In this document: one piece after another, positions 63,495-64,000 of the stretch | Numbering within the stretch: the first letter of the stretch is position 1 | Layout: the number at the start of each line of letters is the position of its first letter | From: Callorhinchus milii | Taxonomy: Eukaryota | Assembly: GCF_018977255.1 (NCBI RefSeq) | Contig: NW_024704743.1 | Span: 95,668,001 to 95,732,000 of the forward strand | Length of the DNA stretch: 64,000 bases | Direction of reading: 5' to 3' | Made by a program: the position numbers and the translations under genes | The notes under the pieces: generated by a model | Told to the model about the DNA's origin: nothing | What the model saw: only the letters and a program-made list of their open reading frames with translations | The model's database searches: none

Positions 63495-64000
63495 GTAAGT
63501 TATCAGAACGTTATAGAAAATTTGAAGTGTTGCTTTGTCAATTTCCTGAGTGTTTGGAAAAGGCTAATGTGAGTTTTGACTAAATTTAATGTTCTATCAT
63601 AAATGGAATAAGAGTTGCTGAGTATGCATCAATGGGGGTATACTCTTTTTGAACACTTTATTTTTCTTCTCTATATTGCTTTTCATCAGTATAAATTGAG
63701 CATTAAATGTTTGTCAAAATCGTGGGCATTCAGAATGGGAGCTCAAATGAGAACCATAGACTTTTACAGCCTAAAAAGAAAGAAGCCATTCTGTCTGTCA
63801 AGTCTGTGAGTTCGTTCGCTGCAAGAGGTATTAATTTACTCCCAACTCTCCATAGCTCTTAGTTTTTGTTTTCCTTTCAATTATTTGTATAATTTTCTTT
63901 TAAAAGCTATTATACATTCTGTTGTGACCAAGGTTTTCCATAAGGCGTTCTAAAAAATCTAGCCTTTTTTTTATTGTAATGATTATACATTCTTATATTT

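Overview
Repeat-rich vertebrate genomic DNA; the L2, CR1 and Deu-type SINE content suggests a cartilaginous fish (inference). It holds two divergent genes. (1) A complete antizyme inhibitor 1 gene (AZIN1) on the minus strand, reconstructed by hand: 12 exons, all GT-AG. Ten are coding (ATG at 21825, TAA at 305-303; 1380 nt, 459 aa), and there is a TATA/CpG-island promoter near 30.8 kb. (2) The 5' end of ATP6V1C1 on the plus strand: CpG island near 58.0-58.75 kb, first two coding exons at 62323-62454 and 63427-63494. The AZIN1 leader carries the spliced, AUU-initiated, polyamine-sensing uORF (uCC, 53 aa, ending PPWDPS*), which the ORF track misses. Here the uCC is in frame with the AZIN1 CDS across a stop-free 41-codon bridge. 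Skipping the 141-nt exon 2 would therefore give an AUU-initiated AZIN1 with an N-terminal PKKKRR (NLS-like) extension. A 17-codon AUG uORF ends 2 nt before the AUU. The AZIN1 protein keeps ODC-like Tyr331/Tyr389 and has His at the mammalian S367G editing codon. Other structures: a 23-bp sense-strand intronic hairpin, a decayed LTR element in intron 1, a 5'-inverted CR1 inside a 100-bp inverted repeat, a 97%-identical inverted L2 pair in ATP6V1C1 intron 1, and an L2-derived minisatellite split by a CR1. Repeat boundaries are approximate; no database searches were run.
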